Part shown: in pieces, positions 24,884-37,096 of the stretch
Position numbering within the stretch: the stretch's first letter is position 1
Layout of the letters: the number at the start of each line of letters is the position of its first letter
DNA from: Enoplolaimus lenunculus
Taxonomy: Eukaryota
Reading direction: 5' to 3'
NCBI GenBank assembly: GCA_030248215.1
Contig: JASANG010001881.1
Location: 310,001-374,000 of the forward strand
DNA: 64,000 bases
Made by a program: the position numbers and the translations under genes
The notes under the pieces: generated by a model
Told to the model about the DNA's origin: nothing
Seen by the model: the letters and a program-made list of their open reading frames with translations, nothing else
The model's database searches: none

Positions 24884-25165
24884 CAAAGCCGCAAGTGCAG
24901 GAACTTTGCCCATTTCGTTGTTTTTAATCGCATTCAAATTGCATACGGTTACCGCCGGAAACGGAACCGTACCGCCATCAAGATCATTATTGACAAATAC
25001 CGGTTTTCCGGTATAAGTATTGTAAATTTTTGAAAATGTAATAATTACATAGCTAGCCGACGCCGCAAATATCAGTAACCATGCCACTTTTTGGATCCAA
25101 GACGGAACTGACAGGGCAAGATATAGGCCGTGAATGGAAATATCTTGCCCAACAAACAGTGTCAT
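24884..25165 (-). CDS. DEG/ENaC (amiloride-sensitive channel family) N-terminal exon: HG motif, TM1, FPAVTVCN
   Basis: MTLFVGQDISIHG...KVAWLLIFAASASYVIITFSKIYNTYTGKPV...VPFPAVTVCNLNAIK; GTAAGT donor, phase 0. Start codon uncertain (in-frame TAA just upstream). Confidence 0.9.
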
Positions 25166-27566
25166 CGCTTTGTCCAACGTTTAATGAAATTCACAAATTA
25201 AAGCTTAAAGTTAAATGTGAACGCACAATTTTAATTTCTTCAATAGTCCAAAGTGTTTTTGAGAGCGCTTGGTAGGTACAGGCATACCCGTATCAAGCGA
25301 AGTATAGATTACCAGTGCTACTTAAGATATAAAGATATTAAGAATATACGTCTAATAACATATAGAAAACGAGTTTTACCGAAGGAATATTGATTAACGA
25401 ATTATATATAATATATATAGGCACCGGATATCCGGATATGCGGACATGAAAAACGTCCGGATATGGAGCCGAAATGAAATATGTATGCGGATATCTGTAT
25501 ATGAAAAAATATCCGATGCCCATATATGGTAACAAGCGTCCCGTATTTGCTGCGGACAGCAATGACGTATACTTTCATACAATGTTTATGCTTAAGCTTA
25601 GTTTTAGACTTATCATCATGCTGAGGTTTATGCTTAAGCTTAGTTTTAGACTTATCATCATGCTGAGGTTTATGCTTAAGCTTTGAAACAAATACACTAT
25701 TAAAATGTAAAATGGTATGTATTGATTATAGTTTAACTAGTAAGAACCGTAACCAGGTCACCTTGCTGGGGAAGCTAAAAATTTTCAAGAGGGGCATTCA
25801 AGGGTTTTCAATGAGTTACAAGCAAGGTTGGAAATTCTCTACGGGGCCAAAATTTTCCCAGGACAACTGAGGTCCCCTGGCTGCCCCATTGGCTACGGGC
25901 TCGTTACCAGTTCGTTTTGCGGCATAACGTTTTGCCTGCTAACATGCAGGAATTTGGCTCCAGCTGTATATCCGCAAGAAATTTTTTGTTTCGAAATTTT
26001 TCATATTTTGTAATTAATGAATGTAACGAAATTGAATGTCTTACAATACGTTCATAGCAACGGTAAAAGTTATGTTTACGCTTAAAAGAAATTGAAAAAA
26101 TTATCAACTCTTTTATAGTAAACCCAGACAGTCCTGCAAACTTCAAAACTATATTTGGGTATTGAGATGCGTTTTGCTGATGCATTCCTAAAGGAGTTCA
26201 CCAGTGTCTTTTTGATTTCGCGGCAATAATTCTCGCATTTTATGTTGTATTTTAGTCTGCTGCTTTGAGCAATGCACAAAGTTAGCGAAAACACAAAATT
26301 TTCCACGCAAATTTCCTTTTCACAGAACGAAGAACAATCATCAATCACATGTATTTCGTAAGAAATTTTTGTAAACAAAGTAATGCTGGAAATTTGTCCA
26401 AAATACGTATGTGGGGCGTTCCAGCTTTAATATATAGATTAATATATTAGCGTACAACCGAATGTCTGCCTACAACTCCTGCAGAAAATCGACCTCCGGT
26501 TCCGGCTCCCAATTGCTAAAATTAACAAATTTAACATCATTTTAACTATTTCGTCTCACCTCCGGTTTCATCTAAACAAAGCATAGTTGTTCTTAGAATA
26601 TATATTCAAATTTCCACGAATATCATAGTTATAACCATTTAGCATAGTACATCATTTTGTGGGCTAATGGACTAACGTAGAGTGTTTAGTTTGCATAAAA
26701 ATTTTGAACAGAGATTTGTGCTCAAGGATGGGGTTTCGACTGTAAACGCCTCTACACTGCAAAAAATAGACGAGTCAAATTGACTCTCTCCGAAATATTC
26801 TTTTCCTGACTACACAAACTGAATCAAAAGTTAATTCCGCCTGAGTGAAATTTGACTCAATTTGACACTGGCGGAGTTGGATTTTGACTCAATTTGTGTA
26901 GTCCGGAAAAGCCTATTTCGGAGAGAGTCAATTTGACTCACCATTTTTTACAGTATACACAGCTACGCCATTGGTCAATTGCAAGCAATCTTTGGAATTT
27001 AATTTTTTGCCTAAAAGAGAATACTGGTTAATATTTGAATATTTAAATTTTCGCTTATAATCACAGATCATATGACACAAAAGCCTACACCGCCGGCAAG
27101 CTGATTTGTTGCTAATTTGAAAAGTATCAAACAATAAGTCTTAACTAATATAAGTTTGAATAAAGTTTAAACTTAATAGACTACTTGGTTCTTGTCCAAA
27201 AAAATTATTTTTTATAAAAAAATAATTAAATATTCATTTAATATTAATATTAACTTAATATTTTAGCCAGTTGCCTTATTGTTCTTGGAATAGTGGAATT
27301 TAAAACAGATTTTGAATACTTTGTCACTTTTGTTATATGATTTATTTGAAAAAGAATAATTTTAAAAATTTGAAAAAGAATGGATGATTTTAAAAATGTA
27401 TCGAATAGTTTGTCATTTGTGGCAAGTTTTAATTTAAAAAAATGATGGACGCGGGTGTTAATAGAAACCCAATATTGCACGCGAAACGAGTTCTGGGTAA
27501 AAAACTGAATCCGTGAGTGTGCCGGCGGGTAAAGAATTTAAAGTTGCGAGTTATAATTTGTGATTC

Positions 27567-27580
27567 GTTACCATAGCAAC
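27567..27580. promoter_or_regulatory. RFX/DAF-19 X-box motif
   Basis: GTTACCATAGCAAC matches the X-box consensus GTHNYY-AT-RRNAAC; about 2.4 kb upstream of the first recognised DEG/ENaC coding exon. Confidence 0.55.
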
Positions 27581-29301
27581 GCCACCAACTTCCGGGTGTT
27601 ATGGAAGCTATGTTGGTTGCGATACAGATACCCTGGAGTATTTCTGTAAGCATTAAAGAAACATCCACTAAGGCTTGATGACAAATCGTTAGGTACGAGC
27701 ATTCTCAAGGACATACACAAGTTTAGTCGTGCAGAGAAAACGGAATATCCGGGCGGTGACCGCTTTTACCTTACATTTATTAGTTCAATGTTAATTTTGC
27801 TAGAGCCACTGTGGAATTTTTGTATTCGGATTTGGATAAAATTCACGCAAGCTATAAAAGTTACATATTCAGCGCACTCAAAAATCAAAATCAACATTTG
27901 AAATAGTATGCAAACTAAATAAAATGGCTTTATATTTTGTTCAGTACTTATGCGGAGTTTACGTTATAAACGGTGCATATATGCTGTTAGTTTGGAATAT
28001 CATATGATATTCACCAATATGTCGGATTTTGTCACGTGGCATTCGAACATTTGTGTGTTGAGATAACCTGTGTACCCGTGCTTTATATAACAATATTACA
28101 TGATATTCGACTTTTGGATGACCGTATTATATGATTGTAACAAAAATTTATGTTGATGCCGAATCAACATGTTTGCAGGGGTGTATATGGTATTAAAAAC
28201 ACATCAATGCCCCTGCTGTCCGACTTTCCATTCATTTATCAACACCGAAAGATTACACTGTTTCTCGGAATATCATATGATATTAAAATTTCCCGCAGTA
28301 TCATGTGACATACCGACTCTTGTACTCGTTGACCATTTTAGAGCGGTCCAAATTTTAACGTTGACGTCGAATCAACATGGGACAAACCGTGACCCGCCTG
28401 CCCCAGTTATAACGTGAATCCCGAATCAGCCGGCACATGTATAAAACAGGGCCGGAACAGTAGTATAAGCATATTCCTAAGCCTAAGCGTATGGATGAGC
28501 GTATTCTTAAGCCTAAGCCTAAGCCTAAGCCTAAGCAAAAAATAGTCTAATGCTTAAACTAACTCTATTATAGCACCCTCCGGAAAATGATCTGGTCCTG
28601 TTCTATACATGGGCCCAACAGCCCTTTGATACAATGTTTTACTTATTGCAATAAAATGGTTTGTTTCACCATAGCAATCAGGGTACTACCGGAAGTTTGC
28701 CTTAAAATTGTAGTAGAAATTAGATTTTTGTCAAAAAATTTTTCCTCGAAGGTTTGGCAGTTTCAGCACTGTCACTTTTGTATTTTACAAACAGTTGTGG
28801 TGTTCAATGACTTGTTTGCAAATGTTAAATGTCTGTGTCAGACCGTGGTAGTCGAGTCGCATTTTCCACTCTTCGCGGACACGTGAAAGAAATTGAACTT
28901 TCAATGCCAAAGGTTAAACTGTCTCAAAATTTCTAATTGAATCTCGCCTTGTTAACTTATATGTTCAGTGTTCCGCAATTACTCAAAACCCTCCTGCGGA
29001 ATGATCCGGGCTTCCACACAGCATGGAATTATCTGAAACCTATGACCACGTTTACGGATACGCCCATCCGCATCGCTCACGCTTCAAAATTATCCGACCT
29101 TGATTGCTAAAGTAGAGAAACGCAAAAAATAATTTAGTTTTAAAATTCACTAACATGGAATTGTTTAAATTTTGTTATTTCGATGTTACATTTTCAGCAG
29201 CTCAGGTACACAACAAATTAATTGTTCATTGTTTGTGCCAAATAAAATTTTTCAAACACAGAATTCGTTCAAAACGATTATTATCGTTTTGAGTCGGCGA
29301 C

Positions 29302-29807
29302 TCAATGAACGAGCTCTGTGCTCATTTCATCGTCGTCAATAAACGCCACATCAACCGAAAACGTGCCTCCCATCTTTGTCGTTGGAACCTTCGGTTCAAT
29401 TTCAGTTGGACTCAACTCAACCGGAGTATATCGTTGCGGTTCTGAAGTCCCGTTCAAATTCTCGCCATCCAGTTCAAATCCGCTCGGGTAATGCGAAATT
29501 CCTGCGCTGTGATCGTCCATAGTTCGTTCAACTATTGAGTCAAGTTCATAAATTGCTCGTTGAAAACAGTCGTCAGCCAAGTCGAGCTCTTTAAGAACCC
29601 CTGCTACGAGCGTTTCAACGGTAATTCGACGACCCCCGAGCCAAATGTTTAACTTACCCATACGTTTAACCTTTTGCCCTAAGTAATGTAATTTTAGCAA
29701 ATATTCTGCAAGTACATCAATAGCCATTGTGGTTATAATTAAACCCACTGCAAGGTAGAGACAAGTCGCATGGTACGAACTGCTGTTCGGGAGAATATCT
29801 CCAAAAC
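29302..29807 (-). CDS. Two-pore K+ channel (TWK/K2P) terminal exon: P2 GFGD, M4, C-tail
   Basis: gtttcag acceptor, phase 1; GFGDILPN...YLAVGLIITTMAIDVLAEYLLKLHYLGQK...IWLGGRRITV, typical of nematode TWK C-termini; TGA at 29302-29304. Confidence 0.93.
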
Positions 29808-30856
29808 CTGAAACCAATCAAAATATAAAAGCTTTAAAGTCATTCCATGTACCTTGACCTGGATGCGGACCGACAATCCAAATTTCTTGGTACGCCACAG
29901 GTCTGTATATATGCGATGCTTAAGGTGGTACAGCCGAGTTTGCCCAGGTTACTTAGCAATTTTGATATAAGTTAGGTATATGGTGTAAAACTGTATTTTA
30001 AAAAATAAAATTTCAAACTGTAACAGTTGTTTAGACATTTTTTCAACTGGACACCACTTGAAATGCAGGCCAATGTAAACAAACAAGGACGGAACAGTAT
30101 TATAAGCGTATTTCTAAGCCTATTCCTAAGCCTAAGTCTAGGCCTAAGCTTAAGAATGCGCCTATTCCTAAGCCTAGCAATAAGCCAAGCAAAAATTAGT
30201 CTAGAGCTCAAGCTCAATCAATTGTAGTCCCACAGAAAAACGTTCCGTGCCTAATCTTTACATGGGCCGCAACGTGAAATCATAATGTTATGGTGACGCC
30301 CAGGAGGCGTTTGCAGAGTAAAATAAATAATTTATGAAACTTTTTGAGTTAATACAAAAAAATTAAGTTTTGAAAATATTTGGAAATTCAAATTGAAACA
30401 AATAAAACCTCAATGAGTATGTTAGTACAAACGTCTAAAAACACCGAATTAGCTTTTAATCCCATGAAGGCTTGGGTCCATATTCTCAAATGCATATAGC
30501 ACCTACCATCAGTTAGTAACAGGTTTTCAAACTGACGAACTGCTGTAATTGCAGATCTCAAAATTTGCACTGAAGCAGAGTAATCAAATGCAACAAATGT
30601 GCTGAATATGAAATCTCCGCATTCGCTGGGTTCGAAAGTTACAAGACTTATCACCAACTGGTAATAGGTGCTAGACACATTTAAGAACTCGGGCTCTGGT
30701 CACTGGGAGACCGGGAGCCTTTTAGATAATGGCAAATTTAGGCAGAGGCTTAGACGTAGGATTACGTTTTGACAGACCCAAAGGCTAAGCTTATTTTTAG
30801 GCTTTAATCTTACGATTAGTGCCGGGGCAACTATATCATGAATCATTAGAACTAAC

Positions 30857-31020
30857 CAACGGTAGTCAAGCTAATAATTGAAAAATAAACGGCGTCCCAT
30901 GGATCCATATTCTCCCATAGCGGAAGTATCGCTGCACCCAGACCAATCCAAACGCCAAATACAAGAAGCAAAACAGGCGCAGGTGTACGTTCCAGTTCTT
31001 TCAAATATTGAAGACGTTTT
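30857..31020 (-). CDS. TWK/K2P exon: M3 and P2 pore helix
   Basis: tttcag/GTTAGT; phase 2-1; KRLQYLKELERTPAPVLLLVFGVWIGLGAAILPLWENMDPWDAVYFSIISLTTV. Confidence 0.92.
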
Positions 31021-32553
31021 CTGAAACAAATTAAAATTTTAAAAATTTATTGCAAATTTTTCAAATCATACGATGGAGGGCCAATGTTACTTTACGGGGC
31101 GTAACAGTAGATTAAGAGTATTCCTAAGCCTAAGCCTAAGCCTAAGCGTTGCAAATATGTATTCCTAAGCCTAAGCCTAAGCCTAAGCCTAAGCAAAAAA
31201 AATGTAATCTAGAATCTTAACCCATTCTTTTATAGACCTACCAGAAACCTGGACGCCCTTTAAAGTAACATGGGTTCGATAGAGAGTAATTACCTTGAAC
31301 CTGTCTATTTCACTCAACAATTTCTGAACAGAAAAGAATGTATCCAGCCCGCGTTGCAATTACTGTTTAAACACTTCAGCAGTCCTGTCCATTGGTTATT
31401 TTGAACATGAAACTAAAATTGCATCGTCAATAAATACCGCCCAAAAAATTAAGGCGGGTGATTGAGCAAAATGTTAATTCGCCATTATGCATCAGAAATA
31501 CTTGTAAATATTACGCCATTTTGTCAAAAATATCCAAATTACGCATCGTGGGCGTTTGCGTACTTTCAACTACAAATGTGGAGACTGCTAGGACAATGTA
31601 AAGAACAGGGGCGGAACAGTATTACAGGCATATTCCTAAGCCTAAGCCCATGTGTAAGAATGAGCTTATACCCAAGCCTAAGCCTAAGTCTAAAACCAAG
31701 CGTAAAAATTATTCTAAAGCTTAAGCTTACTCTATTATACAGTGCCAAAGAAATTCGTTTCGACCATTACCTTTTATGGGCCGACTGCTATTAGATTTAA
31801 TCATGTGAGCACTAATGAGCTAACAGAGTGTGTAAAGCTAACCCAACCTCGGTTGAATAATTGTAATTTCGTCGGATTTTTCATTTCAAACCTGGAGTAC
31901 TCGGGTCACTCGTATAAATTGCTACTACACTGGTGGATCCGGACCCACCAACAGGATTCAAAACCAAAATCTTGTGCCAAGACTCAGTATTAAAATTGTG
32001 TTTGGCATCTCGCTCAACGGTCGAATACAACCATTGAAACCTGAGCACAGTCTCAAATCTCCTGCAGATTTTACACTACGCATTGGACAAAATGAATGAT
32101 TATTAAACACGGTGCATTGGCTGGGTTTCTAAAATCTTACTTAAGTATTTACTTGAGCTATGCTTGAGTAATTATTTAAGCTTACGTAAATACTTTTCCT
32201 TTTGAAAAAAACAGGTAAACGCCAAATGACAGCCATTGTCGTAACACAAAAGCAACAGATTTGATTTATATTAATAATGCACTACGAGTCTACAATTTCA
32301 GAGTGACAAAGGTTTGTATACCTGAACGGTTAATTTGTAACCTATCAGATTTAGTGAGCAGCTTAAATATTTACTCAACTTAAGTACGCTTTTAAAAACA
32401 ACGAAATGGCTGAGTAATTACTTAGCACGTACTTAAGTGGCAAGTAGAGTTTCACAAACCCAGCCTTTGTGTATTGTTTCGCGTACACAGATTGTTCACT
32501 GTTGCTCATAGTATACTCTATGCGTGAAAGGGTTCAACAAAACAAAAACTAAC

Positions 32554-32758
32554 TTTCGCATTAAATCGTCAATTCGGTGTCTTTTGTACAAAAACATCGT
32601 ATATCGCGTTGTGAGCCGTTTATAAATGGCCAAGAAAATTTGGGACAAAAATCTGCCAACATTTGCTATTCCAAGAACGCACATTGGGATCCCGATTATC
32701 GCATATATCATGCATAATCCTTGGCCTAAGCGACTGTCAGGGGTGACGTGGCCGTACC
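32554..32758 (-). CDS. TWK/K2P exon: P1 GYG and M2
   Basis: tttaag/GTTAGT; phase 1-2; GYGHVTPDSRLGQGLCMIYAIIGIPMCVLGIANVGRFLSQIF. Confidence 0.93.
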
Positions 32759-33270
32759 CTTAAACAAAAAAACGCAGCTGCAATTTCTGGGGGGGCTGCT
32801 TGTTTTTAGAATTATTTACGTTTAGAGTATGTATGGTCTCAAAACGTACACTGTAGGAAATGGATCAAAAGTTGGGCCCATGTACAGATCAGAGGCGGAA
32901 CGTTTTTCTGTGGGACTAGAATATAGTAAGCTTAAGCTTTAGACTATTTTTTTGCTTGGCTTAGGCTTTTAGGCTTAGGCTTAGGCTAAAGCTTAGGCTT
33001 AGGCTTAGGAATATGCTCATTCTTACGCTTAGGCTTAGGCTTAGGCTTAGACTTAGAAATATGCTCATTCTTACACTTAGGCTTAGGCTTAGGCTTAGGA
33101 ATATGCTTAAAATACTGTTCCGCCCCTGTTCGTTACATTGGCTATCAGTTGTATACCGTAAAGTTAGTTTCAGACTTGGTCTAAAGTTTCCTAGACAATA
33201 ACTGGTAATTTTTTCAACTTTTTTCAAACCATTTTTAAACATTTTATCTCGTTGAAATATTGAATTTTAC

Positions 33271-33525
33271 CGATAGTTGTAACAACACTAAACGTGAATA
33301 CAAACGCCGTTCCATAACTCCATCGTTCGTCGTCATCAAATATTATCGTTCCGTTGCTTAAGCTTCGTTGTTGAGCCATGACGTGCTCTACTTGTGGATG
33401 TCCAAGTGCACGCCATAGATCAAACATTGTGTTCAGTACATCGTATAACTGTTGTCGGCGTTCTTTCATCTTTGCACCAACGTCCAGTGATCCTAGTCGT
33501 CCGGCGTTCAGTGTTGTCGTGTCAC
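33271..33525 (-). CDS. TWK/K2P exon: cap region and P1 pore helix
   Basis: GTAAAA donor, phase 1; ...DERWSYGTAFVFTFSVVTTI. Acceptor taken as ttgcag at 33526; the 5' boundary is uncertain because the frame stays open to about 33610. Confidence 0.85.
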
Positions 33526-34653
33526 CTGCAATCAGGGACGGTTTCAACGACGAGTTTGAAGGGATCCGGGATCGGTTCTGCGGCTCACCAAAGCCATACA
33601 ACGTTAACATTTAGATTTGGATTCGAATAAGTACAAAAACGTCTTGGTTTTTCTGTCTTGTGGTCTTTTCCACAGTTCTATGCACGGACCTGTAGTCAAG
33701 GGGTGGCCGGGGGGTTCAGTACCCCCTGGAATAATTTTGCCCCTCCCCCCCGGAGAGTTTTCAACCTTGCTTGTGCTTGTAACTCATTGAAAATCCTTGA
33801 ATGTACCTTCTGAAAACATTTTAGCCCCCCTAGCAAGATGAGCTGACTACGGGCCTGTCTATCCATGTTTAGACACCTATTCGCCTAAAAGTTAGGGCCC
33901 ATGTATCGAACAGGGCCGGATCGTTTTCGCGAGGGACTATAAATAGAGACATTTTAAGCTTTAGACTAATTTTTTGGCTTAGGCTTAGGCTTAAGAATAT
34001 GTTTATACTACTGTTCCGGTCCTGTTCTATACATGGGCCGAAGTTAGGCGTTCCCAATTAATTGGCTTACGCATAAGCGCGGTTTTTGCTTGTCAGCGTT
34101 GGATGTCCTCTTTTACGTTATATTATTTCAATTCTGAATCAGTTGAATAGGTTTACGTTTGAGAGATAGCTAACCTACAACCTGATCTTTAATCTAAGCC
34201 TAACTTAAGGGCAAGTGACCAGGAGTTGAAATTAACTTAAAATAGGCTCAAACATGAATTTCGTATTGTAACACTGCAACGAGATTCTGTTGAATGTAGT
34301 AAAATCACAGCTCTTAAGTTGTAGATTTGAGCGAAAAAACACACATTGTAATCTTGTGATGAACAATTTGAATATTAAAATTTTCAGCACAACCGGCAGG
34401 GCCGGGGGTGAATGACGCATGTTTCATTCAGGCCCGTAGCCAGCTCACCTTGCTAGAGGATATCTAAAAAATTTTCAGGATGGTGTACAAACGATTTTAA
34501 TGACTTACAAGCAAGATTGGGAACTTTTTAGGGGTGCAAACTTATTCCAGGAGGGACTGGACCCCCTCTGCCCCTCGTGGCTACTTGCGCGGTATCATTC
34601 CTAATCAGGAATAATGCATCCGTTGCATTCCTTTATGGATCCACCATTGCTAC

Positions 34654-34942
34654 CTGGTCTCCAACTTCCGTGCCATCGCTGTTTCTGTCTGATGGCGTGA
34701 GTCATATTTGCGGCTTGAACAGTTGTTGACACTTCTCGTGAAAGCTTCGACAACAGTTCGTTTTCCACCAGCACAACTTTTTCGGCAAATTCTTGTCGCA
34801 ATTCACTCAACGGCCGGTCGGTTTTTGAAGGCCGTTTTTTGGCTTCTCCACGTTCGGCCCATTGGAATACAAACGCTCCAACTGCAATGTACACCAAGAT
34901 CAACAAGGCGAAGCTGACGTGCGGCAGGATACGGCGTACAGT
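34654..34942 (-). CDS. TWK/K2P exon: M1 and extracellular cap
   Basis: tttcag acceptor, phase 0; TVRRILPHVSFALLILVYIAVGAFVFQWAE...; donor taken as GTAGCA (uncertain). Confidence 0.85.
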
Positions 34943-35681
34943 CTGAAAAACGATGTTGTGATCCCAAGATATGTATTCGAGGATACTCGGGTTAAAAGTG
35001 TCGCTATTTTGAAATTTTTTGCATATTTAGTAAACCTATTGAATGTGTGTACTGTAGTGACCCGAATAAGAGGGAGTAATAAGAGGGGGGTTTCCATTTT
35101 GAGTCCCAAACAATCGGAGTTCGTATCCCTAATAAGAGTCCGTAAGCGTGTAGAGTCTCTAAACCTGAATTAGAGTCCATAAATTGCAATTATTCGCAAT
35201 TGTAGCGCATTAATGAGTCCAGGACCAAATAAAGTTGAGTTCGAAATTTTAAAGCTTACTTGAATTTTGAAAGTATATAATCTTGCATTATCGCTCAAGC
35301 TTTTGATGCAAAGCTAAAACGTTTTTCAACGAATAGTTGCAATACCGGATATATCAATAACTAAGCGTGGTGGAGAGCGGGTTGAAAATAAATAACAGTT
35401 CGTAACCGAATAACAGGAGGGTGCCCTCTAGAAAGGCGAAATAAATATCAGTCCCCTCTTTTATTTTCGGGTCACTAAAGTAGTATCGCTATAGTATACA
35501 ATAATAGTTTGCGGTCGAAAATAAGTGGACATTCTAAAAACGAAATAATAATCAAAATTTTAACATTTACAAGCATCTGACAGTCAATTTAAAATCAAGA
35601 ACCGTTGTATTCTCAAATTTGAGCAGCAATTGGCATTGTTTTTGAACGAATTTGTAAACTTTATTTTGAAATTTTACTCAC

Positions 35682-35735
35682 CGATTTAACATGTTTTTTG
35701 TGACATTGTCGTTCCAAAAATGGTCGTCCAATCAT
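35682..35735 (-). CDS. TWK/K2P probable alternative first coding exon
   Basis: ATG to GTGAGT donor, 18 codons, phase 0: MIGRPFLERQCHKKHVKS; splices in frame to 34942. Confidence 0.5.
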
Positions 35736-36904
35736 ATCACTGGGTATTAATAAAATGTGTGACATTTTATTTGTAAAAATTACTTATGGTTAAAATTGCA
35801 CGGACGACAAACTTAAAATTTCATTCCTCTTAAATCAAGAAAATGGCATCGGTGTAAATCAAATTTAAGATTTAATTTTCTTTTACTTTTAAAAAAAGTT
35901 TGGTAAAATTTAAAATTTATTCATTTCTTTTTTAAAAATTGCTTTAGCAAAGTTTAAGATTTCTTTCTCTTAAATTTTAAGAAATTATTTTTATTTATAA
36001 ATTTAAGATTTTACTTGTTATAAAATTTAAAAATTATCTAAGCAAAATTATAAATTTACATATTCTTTATTTTGAAAATTATCGCGTAGATTGTAAAACT
36101 CATTTCTTTTGTATTTGAAAATTTATTTAAAAACCAAACTTAAAATCCATTTCTCTTAAATTTAATAATGTTTACCGGGTTCAAATTTAAAGCACTAAAC
36201 AGACTAAGTGGTGAAAACACTTTCGCAAACGGTATCAAAATAAAATCAAAAGAAATAAATATTTACCAATTCAGAATGTAATTACATTTCAAGCTCTTTT
36301 ATGGGTATTTTATACGACCAAATGCTTAATTTCAAGCAGTTCGAAGCACTGCTCCGGGCCTGCAAAATTAACATTTTGTTATTGAAAATAGCAACAATAC
36401 TGTGAACGGGTGCGAATAAAAATATATACTTTACAGGCATTTAGAATTGATGTCTTGGCTTCTAAACGGTAAACAATTTGTCGCTTTTGCCAGTAAGACA
36501 ACGAGTTGAGTTGGTTCAATGACTTGCTTAGGCTTAGGTTTAGGTATAAACTCATTGTTACGCTTAGGCTTAGCGCCCAATGAACGTTGCGGTTCTAAAA
36601 TTCCACATAATGTGCAAAATGCAGCACGTGTCGAGTACATTCTTTACTGCACAGAATGTACCCTGTTGCATACTCTGTTTTAAAGACATCTAGGGCCATT
36701 GTTGACAGACTCAGCTCATCTTGCTGGGGGGGGGCTAAAAAATTTTCAGGAGAGGCATACAAGGGTTTTAATTGGCTTACAACCAAACTTTAAAAATTTT
36801 CTAGAAGGGCCAAAATTTATCGGGGGTATGAGCCATCAGGGCCTCTCTCGGTTACGGGCCCGCTTGATGATACAAATGGTCGAGATAACAACTCCTGAAC
36901 TTAC

Positions 36905-37096
36905 CGTTTCTGACCTTGACTTAGGTGCATTGCTATCTTTTGGTGTGTATATATGTTCAGTTGTTGCTGTTGCTGTTCCGCCGGCCGCTGGTTCGACTGC
37001 GTTGCTTCGAGACGGAAAAAATTTCATATGCCGTTGAGGCATACGCCGCTGCCCCCAACTCCGATCGGTAGGTTTGTTCTTTGTCATCGGAATCAT
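36905..37096 (-). CDS. TWK/K2P first coding exon
   Basis: MIPMTKNKPTDRSWGQRR...APKSRSET then GTAAGT donor, phase 0, in frame with 34942. Confidence 0.7.
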
